Shown: piece after piece, positions 38,357 to 48,971 of the stretch
Layout of the letters: each line of letters opens with the position of its first letter
Position numbering within the stretch: position 1 is the stretch's first letter
Origin: an uncultured Acidimicrobiia bacterium
GTDB lineage: Bacteria; Acidobacteriota; Terriglobia; Versatilivoradales; Versatilivoraceae
NCBI GenBank assembly: GCA_963786955.1
Contig: CAWBAT010000006.1
Span: 896,001 to 960,000 of the forward strand
Reading direction: 5' to 3'
DNA: 64,000 nucleotides
Position numbers and translations under genes: made by a program
Notes under the pieces: generated by a model
What the model saw: only the letters and a program-made list of their open reading frames with translations
The model's database searches: none
What the model was told of the DNA's origin: nothing

Positions 38357-39857
38357 ACATTCTCAGGCCACTAAGGACTCAGCTGCACAAGCAGTCCCCC
38401 CTGCCCCGCCGCTTCCCAGAAGAAAACTACAGGAGGGGCGGAGACGACTGCTTCTACCCAGAAACCGCACCTTGTGGGCCATCATCCTTTTGGGAGTGTC
38501 ATTAAGAGTCGCTTCAGCCCTCTACCAAGGAAATACCGTAGCGGCGATGCCCGGCGTTTTTGACCAAATCTCTTACCATAAATTGGCGCTACGTGTTTTG
38601 GGAGGAAACGGCTTTAGTTTTGATACCGGCTGGTGGCCGGCCACGCCCGCAAATCAGCCAACGGCGCATTGGAGTTTCTTATATGTCCTTTTCCTTGCTG
38701 CCATTTATTTGGTTACGGGACCAATCCCACTTGCAGCCCGGTTGATTCAGGCAGTTTTGACGGGTATTCTCATGCCTCTGATCACCTGGCGGATTGGCCG
38801 AAGGTTATTTGGTCCCAAAGTTGGCCTGGTATCCGCTGCACTGACCGCGTTCTATGCATATTTCGTTTATTATGCCGGGGCGTTGGTAACGGAATCGTTC
38901 TTTATCCTTGCCATATTATGGGCCTTGGATGTCTCGACGGCTTTGGCCGATTCTTCAAACCCCCTTTATTGTAAACGGGAGGTGAAGCCTTGGGTCTATT
39001 TAGGGCTCGCCTTTGCATCAGCAGCTCTTCTCCGCCAAACCATCCTCCTCCTCGTTCCGTTCGTTCTTGCGTGGATTGCCTGGCAGGTACACCACCGAAC
39101 CTCCTCTAAAAGTCCCCTCTTAGGAGGAGAAAGATGGCTTCAGCCTTCAGGGGTGGGTCGGTCCACGAAGACGCCTGTAGTCCCGCTTTTGAGCCGCATG
39201 ACATTGACCGTTTTGATAGTTTTCGCCTTCATTCTGCCCTGGACGGTCCGAAATTATAGGGTTTTTGGTCAATTCGTCCTGCTCAACACCAATGCCGGAT
39301 TTGCCTTTTTTTGGGGGAATCACCCTATTCATGGAAGTGAGTTTATTCCCCTATTGCCCGGGAACAGAACGACCTACGGGGCTTTGATCCCTGAGGAACT
39401 GCGCGGGTTCAACGAGGCCCGATTGGATAGGGCACTCCTTTTGCGCGGATTAACATTTGCACGAGAGGATCCGGCTCGCTACATACGACTTTCCATCAGC
39501 AGGGCCAAGGAATTTTTCAAATTTTTGCCGTCCCAAAACTCTGGAGTGGCAAGCAATTATGCCAGAGTCCTGTCGTTCGGACTTTGTTTCCCTTTCATCT
39601 TATTTGGTTTGATTTTGGTTGTTCCCTGTTGGAAAGGATGGGGAAGCCCACAATACTATCCAGGTGCGGTGCTCCTCTTCTTTGTTTCGGCAGGCTACAC
39701 CCTTATTCATCTAATGACCTGGAGCCTTATCCGGTATCGTCTCCCGGTTGATGCCATCACCATGCCCTTTGCAGCATTTTCCATGGTATACGCGTACGAC
39801 CGCGTTTTCGGTGCCACCCAATTCGCTCGCGTTCTCCTGCCGCGACCAGTCGACTGA
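38334..39857 (+). CDS. GT-C fold glycosyltransferase (ArnT/PMT, GT39/83-like)
   Basis: DQISY..LA, TAHW, LVTESFF, PWTVRNY, RYRLP; multi-TM. Confidence 0.82.
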   Translation: MPAVMYLKHSQATKDSAAQAVPPAPPLPRRKLQEGRRRLLLPRNRTLWAIILLGVSLRVASALYQGNTVAAMPGVFDQISYHKLALRVLGGNGFSFDTGWWPATPANQPTAHWSFLYVLFLAAIYLVTGPIPLAARLIQAVLTGILMPLITWRIGRRLFGPKVGLVSAALTAFYAYFVYYAGALVTESFFILAILWALDVSTALADSSNPLYCKREVKPWVYLGLAFASAALLRQTILLLVPFVLAWIAWQVHHRTSSKSPLLGGERWLQPSGVGRSTKTPVVPLLSRMTLTVLIVFAFILPWTVRNYRVFGQFVLLNTNAGFAFFWGNHPIHGSEFIPLLPGNRTTYGALIPEELRGFNEARLDRALLLRGLTFAREDPARYIRLSISRAKEFFKFLPSQNSGVASNYARVLSFGLCFPFILFGLILVVPCWKGWGSPQYYPGAVLLFFVSAGYTLIHLMTWSLIRYRLPVDAITMPFAAFSMVYAYDRVFGATQFARVLLPRPVD

Positions 39858-40049
39858 TCTGTCCAAGAATGAATCCCCCATTCCGCAAGGAAGCTATAGG
39901 CAGATCAGTTCTGTCGCTCGAATTGCTTCAATGCTACAGGGGCGATCATTGGAGAGTCGCGGTGTAGACTGCCGACACCTTATTTTTTGACTGTACTTTA
40001 ACTAAATTTTGCGAATCGGGCTAGGGCTCTACTAGGAATCTAAAAACAC

Positions 40050-41546
40050 ATGGAAGTTCAGATCCGCAGCATACCGTTTGTCCAAACAGTGGCTTCCTGC
40101 CCTGAGGCGCCGATTCTCTCTCTGAGATACCAGCGTCTTATCCTGAAGGCAGGGTTGATACTGAGTGATGTTCTTGCGTTGGGCCTTGCCTTTCGAATCG
40201 CTTACTGGATGCGATTTGACCTGCAGGTGACTGCTGCGCCGGGTGTTTTACCTAACCCTGAGTTCTACCCAAGTCTGGCAGCATTGTTGATCCCAATCTC
40301 GCTTCTGGTGTTTGTCCCGTTCAAGCTTTATGAGCCCCACGTACTCCTCGGTGGAGTTACGGAGTATTCCCGGGCATTCAATGCGTGCACTGCAGCAACG
40401 ATGATAGTTGTTCTGGCAACCTTCTTCTTCCCGCAGTTCGTAGTGTCTCGGATGTGGGTGATTTCGGCTTGGTTTTTTTCATTTGTTTTCGTGTTGTTCA
40501 ACCGCTTCTTATGTCGCCGGTTGGCCTATGCGGCGCGTCAAAGAGGGTATCTCCTCACTCCCGCTGTTATTATTGGGACGAACGAAGAGGCTGTGATCCT
40601 GGCTGCCGATCTGAGCCGCTGGCAAGCTTCCGGACTCCGCTTAATCGGCTTCGTGTCAAGCAACAGCCCGGAAGACAGAGACGAGAGCCTCGTTCTTCCC
40701 GTCCTTGGCTCCACAGGCGAGATCCATAGGATCATCAAGGAACACGCAATTGAAGATCTCGTCGTTGCCATAACAGCCTTGAAACGAGAGAATCTGTTGC
40801 AGTTGTGTGAAGAAGTAAACTCTTTTCCCGATGTCAACTTGAGACTCTCTTCAGGTCTCTACGAACTTCTCACAACACGGGTTAGCGTGAGAACGATGGG
40901 ACCTGTCCCATTGTTGAGCCTGAGCAAAATCCGACTAGAACCGGCAGAAGTTTATGTCAAAACCATATTGGAGTACGCGCTCGCCGTTGTGGCCTTGCTG
41001 TTAATGTTTCCTCTCTTTCTTTTCATTACGCTATTGATCAAGATAGATTCTCCCGGCCCGATAGTCTATCGCAGGAGGGTCCTCGGCGTGTCAGGGAAGC
41101 AGTTTGATGCTTTTAAGTTTCGGACGATGCATACAAATGGGGATGATTTATTGAACCACCACCCTAGTCTATTACAGCTGTTAAGAGTTAATCATAAACT
41201 AAAGGAAGACCCGCGCATCACTAAGGTGGGCCGCTGGCTAAGAAAGTACAGCCTGGATGAATTACCACAACTGTTCAATGTCCTGCTAGGTCAAATGAGC
41301 CTCGTGGGTCCGCGCATGATCACATCGGCTGAGGCCGCGAAATATGGTCGCCACAAGCTCAATCTCTTGACGGTCAAGCCGGGTATTACTGGACTCTGGC
41401 AGGTATCGGGCAGGTCCGAGCTTTCCTATGAGGAGAGGGTCCGGCTCGACATGTATTATGTCCGCCATTACAGCGTGTGGCTCGATCTGCAAATTCTCTT
41501 TGTTCAAACCATTCCAGCAATTGTCAGAGGTCACGGAGCCTACTAA
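40050..41546 (+). CDS. priming polyprenyl-phosphate sugar-phosphotransferase (WcaJ/WbaP-like)
   Basis: FKFRTM, DPRITKVGRWLRKYSLDELPQLFNV.GQMSLVGPR, KPGITGLWQVSGR. Confidence 0.95.
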   Translation: MEVQIRSIPFVQTVASCPEAPILSLRYQRLILKAGLILSDVLALGLAFRIAYWMRFDLQVTAAPGVLPNPEFYPSLAALLIPISLLVFVPFKLYEPHVLLGGVTEYSRAFNACTAATMIVVLATFFFPQFVVSRMWVISAWFFSFVFVLFNRFLCRRLAYAARQRGYLLTPAVIIGTNEEAVILAADLSRWQASGLRLIGFVSSNSPEDRDESLVLPVLGSTGEIHRIIKEHAIEDLVVAITALKRENLLQLCEEVNSFPDVNLRLSSGLYELLTTRVSVRTMGPVPLLSLSKIRLEPAEVYVKTILEYALAVVALLLMFPLFLFITLLIKIDSPGPIVYRRRVLGVSGKQFDAFKFRTMHTNGDDLLNHHPSLLQLLRVNHKLKEDPRITKVGRWLRKYSLDELPQLFNVLLGQMSLVGPRMITSAEAAKYGRHKLNLLTVKPGITGLWQVSGRSELSYEERVRLDMYYVRHYSVWLDLQILFVQTIPAIVRGHGAY

Positions 41547-41547
41547 A

Positions 41548-41625
41548 CGGTAGGGACGGGCACCCTGCCTGTCCATTCGTGTGATTCGTGGGCTTTGTCT
41601 TCTTGGCGTTCTTGGCGGTTAGACT
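41548..41625. repeat. single GTAG REP-like palindrome plus short tandem repeats
   Basis: GGTAGGGACGGGCACCCTGCCTGTCC, then TTCGTGTGATTCGTG and CTTGGCGTTCTTGGCG. Confidence 0.5.
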
Positions 41626-41717
41626 TGTTTTCGCCGCTCTTAAACCAGGACTTCAAATCACAATCAACTCACCATTTTGAGACTACTCATCAAAACCACC
41701 AAGGAGCTCTTCAATAA

Positions 41718-42665
41718 ATGAAAATACTGGTCACAGGAGGAGCCGGCTTCATCGGTTCCCACATTGTAGACGCTTACTTGTCCGCCGGCCACGAGGTCTC
41801 GGTGGTAGACGACCTGTCATCAGGTTTTCGGCACAACCTACCAGAAGGCGTTCTTCTCTATGAAGTCGATATTCGCGGCAGCCAGCTAGCGGAAGTCTTT
41901 GATGCCGTGAGGCCGGAAATTGTTAATCATCAAGCGGCCCGGGCTAACGTTCGAGAGTCATTTGAGAAACCGTTACTGTATGCGGATGTCAACGTCCTCG
42001 GTTCCGTTAACGTCCTTGAGTGTTGTCGGATGTATAGGGTAAGAAAGGTGATCTATGCTTCCACCGGCGGAGCTGTCTATGGAGAACCTCAAGAGTTGCC
42101 GGTTTCGGAGGACCACCCCATCAATCCCCTGGATCCTTACGGTGCCAGCAAGCATCACGTTGAACACTACTTGCAACTCTATAACGTTAACTTCGGCATT
42201 CGCTTTACGGCTCTTCGCTATCCAAATGTTTACGGTCCGCGACAGGACCCCTTTGGAGAGGCGGGAGTGGTAGCCATCTTCACGGGCCAAATGTTGGATG
42301 GTCGTCAGCCCGTCATTAACGGGGCCGGAGAACAGCAGCGGGACTTCGTTCATGTTTCCGACGTAGCCAAGGCTAGCGTTTTGGCTCTAGATAAGGGTGA
42401 CAACGAGATTCTCAATATCGGCAGTGGCGCCGGGACATCGGTGAATACGATCTTCAAAACTCTCGCCGAATTGACCCACTTTCGAATGCCAGCGGTTCAC
42501 AGTCCGGCCAAGAAGGGAGAAGTCTACAAGATCTTCCTCCATTCAAATCGAGCTCAAAAAACGCTGGGCTGGCAACCCGAAATGTCGTTGAGACAGGGCC
42601 TTGCCGAAACGGTTGAGTTTTTCCGCAACGCCTTGCTGCCCGAAAGCATGGGAAACCTCCCTTAG
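41718..42665 (+). CDS. NAD-dependent epimerase (UDP-glucose 4-epimerase-like)
   Basis: TGGAGFIGSH, YGASK, RYPNVYGPRQ, RDFVHV. Confidence 0.92.
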   Translation: MKILVTGGAGFIGSHIVDAYLSAGHEVSVVDDLSSGFRHNLPEGVLLYEVDIRGSQLAEVFDAVRPEIVNHQAARANVRESFEKPLLYADVNVLGSVNVLECCRMYRVRKVIYASTGGAVYGEPQELPVSEDHPINPLDPYGASKHHVEHYLQLYNVNFGIRFTALRYPNVYGPRQDPFGEAGVVAIFTGQMLDGRQPVINGAGEQQRDFVHVSDVAKASVLALDKGDNEILNIGSGAGTSVNTIFKTLAELTHFRMPAVHSPAKKGEVYKIFLHSNRAQKTLGWQPEMSLRQGLAETVEFFRNALLPESMGNLP

Positions 42666-42702
42666 CCGAGACTTGTTACCGAGAAGTGGGGACATCGCCT
42701 TT

Positions 42703-42737
42703 GTCTCCCTTGACAAGGGGGACTGACAGGGGGGTCC
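42703..42737. repeat. CCCTT..AAGGGGGA palindromic repeat
   Basis: TCCCTTGACAAGGGGGACTGACAGGGGGGT, same family as 15562 and 11638. Confidence 0.55.
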
Positions 42738-42821
42738 TTCCTGGGATTCGCTTCTTTATTATCAGCGAATTCCTTATGCCGTCAGTGGCGGCGCGTAAAG
42801 TGCTTGGAATGAGAATTCGAA

Positions 42822-44039
42822 ATGCCTGAAAAACGACAACGCGTTATCTTGCTTGTGCTCGACAGTGTTGGTTGCGGCGATGCACCAGATGCCGCGGCAT
42901 ATGGCGACGAGTCCTGCAACACTCTTGGCAATATTGCGCGAACTGTTGGAGGCTTGAAATTACTGAACCTGGCAAACATGGGCTTGGGCCACACAACCGA
43001 CATCGTGGGGGTTCCACCCTCAGATAAGCCCATTGGCGCCTACGGGCGTTTGACGGAGGTCAGCGCTGGGAAGGACACCACGACAGGGCATTGGGAGCTG
43101 GGTGGAGTCATCCTGGAAAAACCATTCCCTGTGTATCCCGCAGGCTTTCCGGTTGATTTCATCGAAGAGTACGAGGAACGTATCGGAAGGGAAACTCTCG
43201 GCAACTATCCAGCTTCGGGCACAGAGATCATCAAAGAGCTTGGCCCAGAGCATCTGCGCAGTGGCAGGCCCATTGTCTACACCTCAGCTGATAGCGTATT
43301 TCAGGTGGCTGCACACGAGGGCATTATTCCTGTTGATGAGTTATATCGTATCTGTCGGATTGCCCGTTCGTTGCTCACTGGTAAACATGCCGTTGGTCGG
43401 GTCATTGCCCGTCCATTCCTGGGTCAACCGGGGAATTTTCAACGAACGGAAAGACGACGGGACTTTAGCCTTGAGCCCCCGGACCCCACGATCTTGGACG
43501 TCGTCAAATCGTCAGGGCTCGACGTCATGGGTGTAGGGAAAATCGAAGACATCTTCGCCCACCGCGGGTTAACGATGAGCAACCATGCCGGTAACAATAT
43601 GGCGGGATTTGATGCCATCCTTGGATATATGGAAATGGATAAACCAGGTCTCGTTTTCGCGAACTTGGTTGACTTCGACGCTCTGTATGGTCATCGCAAC
43701 AACCCGAGCGGATACGCAGCCGCGCTGGAAATTTTCGATCGGCGTTTGCCGGAAATAATGCTCAGAATGAAGCGTGACGATGTGCTCATCATTACTGCCG
43801 ATCACGGTAACGATCCCACAACCAAAGGCACCGATCACTCCCGCGAGCGTGTGCCACTTCTGGTCATGGGGGAGCTGATTAGGCCGAACGTCAACCTGGG
43901 CACGCGCGAAACTTTCGCCGATGTTGCTTCCACGATCGCAGACATTCTAGGCCTCCCCTGGATGGGTCACGGGAATTCCTTTGCTCGAGACATTCTGTCA
44001 CGAGAAACCCAAGCACTAGCATCTGCCCAATTTGTCTAG
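42822..44039 (+). CDS. deoB: phosphopentomutase
   Basis: [58 protein letters not shown]. Confidence 0.95.
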   Translation: MPEKRQRVILLVLDSVGCGDAPDAAAYGDESCNTLGNIARTVGGLKLLNLANMGLGHTTDIVGVPPSDKPIGAYGRLTEVSAGKDTTTGHWELGGVILEKPFPVYPAGFPVDFIEEYEERIGRETLGNYPASGTEIIKELGPEHLRSGRPIVYTSADSVFQVAAHEGIIPVDELYRICRIARSLLTGKHAVGRVIARPFLGQPGNFQRTERRRDFSLEPPDPTILDVVKSSGLDVMGVGKIEDIFAHRGLTMSNHAGNNMAGFDAILGYMEMDKPGLVFANLVDFDALYGHRNNPSGYAAALEIFDRRLPEIMLRMKRDDVLIITADHGNDPTTKGTDHSRERVPLLVMGELIRPNVNLGTRETFADVASTIADILGLPWMGHGNSFARDILSRETQALASAQFV

Positions 44040-44121
44040 CACCCATATTCCCTTCCTCAGTTGAGGAGAAGTTCAGGGGTGGTTGTCCTCACAGATGATT
44101 CTAGCAACATCTAAAGAGCCT

Positions 44122-45300
44122 ATGAATATTTTGTTCCTCTCACGCTGGTACCCTGATCCGCCAGACAACGGCTCTAAGATGCGCATCTTCAACATACTGC
44201 GCGCTCTTTGCGAACGGCACAGCGTTACTCTACTCAGCTTCTTCAATCCTGGAGAGAACCTTCCGGCAGTCAACTATCCGAGCCCAGCACCAAAGGAGAT
44301 TCATGTCTGCTCATACCAGGAATTTAACCCACTTAGCCGTCGCGCGCTGCAAGGTTATTTGAGTTGTACGCCTCGCTACCTGGTGGACACCTATCGCCCG
44401 GAGATGGAAGCTCTCATCCGCTGGGCAATTCAAAAGAACCGGTTCGATCTCATTATTGCTTCGCAGCTATCGATGGCGTCCTACTTTAAGTACTTTCAAG
44501 GAATTCCCGCAATTTTCGAGGAAGCGGAACTTGGCATTTATTATCCAGATGAGGTTCAAGGGGGCCTTCTCTGGAATCGAATGAAGCGAAAACTTACCTG
44601 GGCAAAACATCGCAGGTTCATGGAACAAGTGCTCCAGAATTTCAAGCTGTGCACCGTGGCGTCAGAGGTTGAATGCAAGTTGCTTTCTGAGGCTGCCCCT
44701 TTCTACAGACCGGTGCATGTGGTTCCGAACAGCATCGATGTGGATGGGAGCTGCAGCAGATCGACCGTCAAGATTCCCGGCGCGTTAATATTTACCGGAT
44801 CACTTCGTTTTGCACCCAACTTCCAAGCGATGACGTGGTTCCTGCGAGATATTTATCCGAAGATTAGGTCCGAATTACCCTCTGTTCGACTAACGATTAC
44901 TGGAAGCCCAGGTTCCCGTCCGTTGCCACCTGCCGTAGACGTCGTGCAGACCGGTCGGATACCCGACGTACGCCCCGTGGTGGCAGCAGCGTCCGTCAGT
45001 GTAGCACCCATTCTTACTGGCGGTGGAACTCGTCTCAAGATCGTTGAGGCGATGGCGGTCCGCACACCAGTAGTCGCCACCACCAAGGCTGCTGAAGGGC
45101 TGGAAGTGAGAGACGGCGAGCATCTTTTAATTGCTGACACAAATGAAGACTTCGCCCGATTGGTGCTTAAACTTCTTCACGAACCATTGTACGCACAAGC
45201 CGTTGCTGAAAATGCGTTCAGGTTGGTCCAAGCTCGTTACAACTGGAAAGTCGTTCTCCCACATTTCATGCAACTCATCGATCAAACAGCTTATTCATGA
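44122..45300 (+). CDS. glycosyltransferase family 4
   Basis: YPDPPDNGSKMR, FAPN, GGGTRLKIVEAMA..PVV. Confidence 0.92.
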   Translation: MNILFLSRWYPDPPDNGSKMRIFNILRALCERHSVTLLSFFNPGENLPAVNYPSPAPKEIHVCSYQEFNPLSRRALQGYLSCTPRYLVDTYRPEMEALIRWAIQKNRFDLIIASQLSMASYFKYFQGIPAIFEEAELGIYYPDEVQGGLLWNRMKRKLTWAKHRRFMEQVLQNFKLCTVASEVECKLLSEAAPFYRPVHVVPNSIDVDGSCSRSTVKIPGALIFTGSLRFAPNFQAMTWFLRDIYPKIRSELPSVRLTITGSPGSRPLPPAVDVVQTGRIPDVRPVVAAASVSVAPILTGGGTRLKIVEAMAVRTPVVATTKAAEGLEVRDGEHLLIADTNEDFARLVLKLLHEPLYAQAVAENAFRLVQARYNWKVVLPHFMQLIDQTAYS

Positions 45301-45335
45301 AGAGAGAGCCGACAAATCAAGACTTGAGAAATCCA

Positions 45336-46508
45336 ATGAGTACAATTCCATTCAATCGGCCGACCATTGTTGGCAAGGAACTCTATTATATTTCCAAAGC
45401 CATTCACGAAGGCCACTCGGCAGGGGATGGAAATTTCACCAAGAAGTGCCATGACTTTCTGGAACGAGCGCTCGGTGTTCCCAATGTGCTGCTAACAACT
45501 TCCTGTACCGATGCCCTGGAAATGTCCGCTCTTTTGTTGGAGATCGGGCCAGGTGACGAGGTAATCGTCCCATCCTTCACCTTTGTCAGCACGGCCAATG
45601 CTTTTGTTCTCCGCGGGGCCAAACCCGTTTTCGCAGACATCCGTCCCGACACGCTGAACATGGATGAAACACAACTGGGACACTTGATCTCGCCGAACAC
45701 CAAGGCCATCGTACCTGTACATTATGCCGGCGTGGGCTGTGAAATGGACAAGATCTGTGGCATTGCTTCCCGACATAACATAGCTGTAGTTGAGGACAAT
45801 GCCCACGGCTTGTTCGGCAAATATAAGGGTAAATACTTGGGAACCTTTGGCGCTTTCGCCACGCAAAGCTTTCACGAAACAAAGAATTTCATTTGCGGGG
45901 AGGGCGGTGCGCTTGTCATCAACGATCGAAAGTACATTGAACGTGCCGAGATCATTCGCGAAAAGGGCACCAATCGGGGGCGTTTCTTCCGCGGCGAAGT
46001 GGATAAGTATACCTGGGTGGACGTGGGCTCCAGCCATCTTCCCTCCGATCTGCTCGCCGCTTTTCTTTACGCTCAACTGGAAGCCCGGGAGGAGATTCAA
46101 GCCAAACGCCGCAAAATCTGGGAATACTATTATGAAAACCTTAATGAGTGGGCAGAGATTCATGATATCCGCCTACCGGTCGTTCCCAGCTATTGCGAGC
46201 AACCGTATCACATGTTCTACCTGCTCCTGCCTTCCTTGGATGCTCGGCAGGCGCTCATTGAGCACTTGAAAGCAAGCAACATTTACAGTGTTTTTCACTA
46301 CCTACCTTTACATCTTTCTGATATGGGACGCCGGTTTGGCGGAAGACCAGGTGACTGCCCAGTGACAGAAAGCGTGAGCGATCGCCTGTTACGCTTGCCG
46401 TTCTATAACAACATGACAGAGTCTGACCAGGAAAGAGTGGTTAGTGCCATTAAAGCGATGCCTGTCCGTGTCCTCCGTAGCACTCTTCGTTTGGCCTCCC
46501 GAGCCTGA
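45336..46508 (+). CDS. rffA: dTDP-4-amino-4,6-dideoxygalactose transaminase
   Basis: IPFNRP, SCTDALEM, SFHETKN..GEGG, EKGTNR..FFRGEVDKYTWVDVGSS, VFHYLPLH. Confidence 0.93.
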   Translation: MSTIPFNRPTIVGKELYYISKAIHEGHSAGDGNFTKKCHDFLERALGVPNVLLTTSCTDALEMSALLLEIGPGDEVIVPSFTFVSTANAFVLRGAKPVFADIRPDTLNMDETQLGHLISPNTKAIVPVHYAGVGCEMDKICGIASRHNIAVVEDNAHGLFGKYKGKYLGTFGAFATQSFHETKNFICGEGGALVINDRKYIERAEIIREKGTNRGRFFRGEVDKYTWVDVGSSHLPSDLLAAFLYAQLEAREEIQAKRRKIWEYYYENLNEWAEIHDIRLPVVPSYCEQPYHMFYLLLPSLDARQALIEHLKASNIYSVFHYLPLHLSDMGRRFGGRPGDCPVTESVSDRLLRLPFYNNMTESDQERVVSAIKAMPVRVLRSTLRLASRA

Positions 46509-46599
46509 CACAGTCGGCACTCTGTCCGCACTGATACCAGGCAATTCGAGAATGTCTCTCTCTTTTCCGTAATTTGAAAATCGAAGGAAGCCAGAAGTC

Positions 46600-47577
46600 T
46601 TGATTATCACCCAAACTCCATTGCGAATTAGTTTCTTTGGCGGCGGAACCGATTTTCCCCAGTTCTTCCTCCAGGAAGAGGGCCATGTCCTGAGTTCGGC
46701 GATCAACAAGTATATCTTTGTCATCATCAAGAAGAGGTTCGACGCCAAACTGCGAATCGGCTATACGAAGACCGAAATCGTAGACAACATTGATGACATT
46801 CAACATGAGCTGGTTCGCGAGTGTCTTCGCAAGACCGGAATTCGAAAAGGGGTAGAAATCACGACAATGGGAGACATTCCCTCCTCTGGCTCAGGTATGG
46901 GGTCTTCCAGTACCGTGACGGTGGGTTTGCTCAACGCGATGTATCATTACCTCAACGAGCCAAGGGAACCTGAGACTCTAGCCCGAGAGGCATGCGAGAT
47001 TGAGCTGAATATTTTGGGAAAACCCATAGGCATGCAAGATCAATACATCGCTGCATACGGGGGCCAGCGTTTCATCTCTTTTGCCCGGGATGGGCGGGTC
47101 GTTGTCGAATCGCTCGGCCTGGAGGACGAGTCTTGGCGGCGTCTAAGTCAAAACTTGCTGCTTTTCTTCACCAATGGCACTCGCAAAGCGGAAACCATAC
47201 TGTCAGAGCAAGTGAGCAACATCAATCTGAAGCTCGACATCCTGAGAGAAATGAAGAAATTGGCCTTCATCGCCAAAGAGAGCCTGAGATCTGGCTCCTT
47301 TGAAGATTTCGGAAGACTGTTGCATGAAGGGTGGCAACTCAAGAAACAAATGGCCAGCAAGATATCCAACGGTATGATTGATGAAATCTATCAAAGCGCG
47401 TTGAAAGCCGGTGCTGTGGGCGGCAAGATTACTGGGGCGGGAGGAGGCGGATTTCTGTTGCTCTACTGTCCTCCGGACCGCCAGCAGGCTGTCCGCACTG
47501 TTCTTCGAACTCTGCCCGAACTCATATTCAATGTTGAACGGGCTGGCACCAAGGTGATTTTTGACTATTCCCGTTAG
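46600..47577 (+). CDS. hddA: GHMP kinase, D-glycero-alpha-D-manno-heptose-7-phosphate kinase-like
   Basis: [42 protein letters not shown]. Confidence 0.88.
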   Translation: MIITQTPLRISFFGGGTDFPQFFLQEEGHVLSSAINKYIFVIIKKRFDAKLRIGYTKTEIVDNIDDIQHELVRECLRKTGIRKGVEITTMGDIPSSGSGMGSSSTVTVGLLNAMYHYLNEPREPETLAREACEIELNILGKPIGMQDQYIAAYGGQRFISFARDGRVVVESLGLEDESWRRLSQNLLLFFTNGTRKAETILSEQVSNINLKLDILREMKKLAFIAKESLRSGSFEDFGRLLHEGWQLKKQMASKISNGMIDEIYQSALKAGAVGGKITGAGGGGFLLLYCPPDRQQAVRTVLRTLPELIFNVERAGTKVIFDYSR

Positions 47578-47766
47578 ATCGCTCGAACAATTGCATTGGG
47601 TAGCGTGCGAGGCGCGCAGTGCCGGGGAAAAAGGTGCAAGGCTGGATTATTAGAATACCAAGGAAAACGAAGTTAGGAATACGTTAGTGGACAGTCGCCT
47701 GCTCTTTACCGTGCAGAGTCCACAGATGCTCCAAACAACGAACGGTTTTAAAGGAGGACTAGAGCC

Positions 47767-48888
47767 ATGTGGCTTGCCGCTGTGATCATCGTCAGCATAT
47801 GCATGATATTGGCCCCAGAAGTTTTGGGGCAGAAGAAGAGTGAAAATGCCAAACAGTTGCGTGCCTGGTCCCTGAAATCGGGTCCCGGGGCCCCCCATAA
47901 CATCCTTCCTTCCGGTGAGATAAGCCAAACGACCGAAACGGCTCCGTTTCTTCGCATACCCAAACTCTCCTCGGATTATTTACTTGGTGAAGGAGACCGG
48001 TTAGACATCAAGATCGTTGGAGGCGGCGGGCTCAACGACTCACTCCAATCATTTACCATCAGCAATTCCGGCGAAATCTCAATTCCCTATCTCGGACCTG
48101 TTCAGGCCGCCGGTTTGACCTCTGGACAACTAGAAGAAAAGGTTTCCTCGCTCTTTACCGAAAAGCAGCTTCTCAAACAAGCAGATGTGCTCGTGTACAT
48201 TACTGACTATAAGGCTAAGCCATTCTTCATCACTGGCGAGGTCGATAATCCCGGTGAGTACATCATGTCGCAGGATCTGACGCTCATGGAGGGGATTTTG
48301 ATGGCTGGGGGAATCGACCCGGGAGCCGATAGTTTTGGTTATCTTCACCGGCGGAAATCCCGGGGAGAACCTAATCTGGAGCCCGCTCGTGCAGCACGGA
48401 ACCCTTCCGTTGGAGAACCCGGTGTGGAAGTGATCAAGATCGATCTAAGACCGCTGAAGAAAGGGGGTGTCCCAAACCCCGACATCCTGCTTCGAAAAGG
48501 AGATGTCCTGGTGATTCCAAAGAGCCGGGACATGCGCTTTTACGTGGTTGGGGACGTCAGGTCACCGGGGGCAGTGGAAATTCCTCCACCTCCGGAGAGA
48601 GCAATCATGGTGTCTCAAGCGATCGCCCAAGTGGGAGGGCCCAGCAAGACGGCAAAGATGAGCCAGGGGATGCTCATACGTTATAACGAGAAAGATGGCA
48701 GCCGGGAGGAGAAGAAAGTTGATTTTGCTGCCATACTGAAGGGCAAACAACCCGATTTTGAGATTCGTCCTAACGACATCATATTCATCCCAGGCAGCAA
48801 CGTGAAAACGCTCGGATACGGCCTCTTGGGGGCAGTTCCAGGGGCTGTCCAATCAGCTTCCACACAAAATATGTCAGTCCGGCATTAA
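47767..48888 (+). CDS. wza: polysaccharide export protein (Poly_export + SLBB)
   Basis: DYLLGEGDRL, SGEISIPYLG.V.AAGLT, GEVDNPG, repeated SLBB units. Confidence 0.85.
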   Translation: MWLAAVIIVSICMILAPEVLGQKKSENAKQLRAWSLKSGPGAPHNILPSGEISQTTETAPFLRIPKLSSDYLLGEGDRLDIKIVGGGGLNDSLQSFTISNSGEISIPYLGPVQAAGLTSGQLEEKVSSLFTEKQLLKQADVLVYITDYKAKPFFITGEVDNPGEYIMSQDLTLMEGILMAGGIDPGADSFGYLHRRKSRGEPNLEPARAARNPSVGEPGVEVIKIDLRPLKKGGVPNPDILLRKGDVLVIPKSRDMRFYVVGDVRSPGAVEIPPPPERAIMVSQAIAQVGGPSKTAKMSQGMLIRYNEKDGSREEKKVDFAAILKGKQPDFEIRPNDIIFIPGSNVKTLGYGLLGAVPGAVQSASTQNMSVRH

Positions 48889-48971
48889 GCCATTCTAACT
48901 ACCAATAGAATCCCGACTCATATGGCTGCAAGCGCTCAATTGATATAGCCGAAACGGTTCAAGGAGGAATA

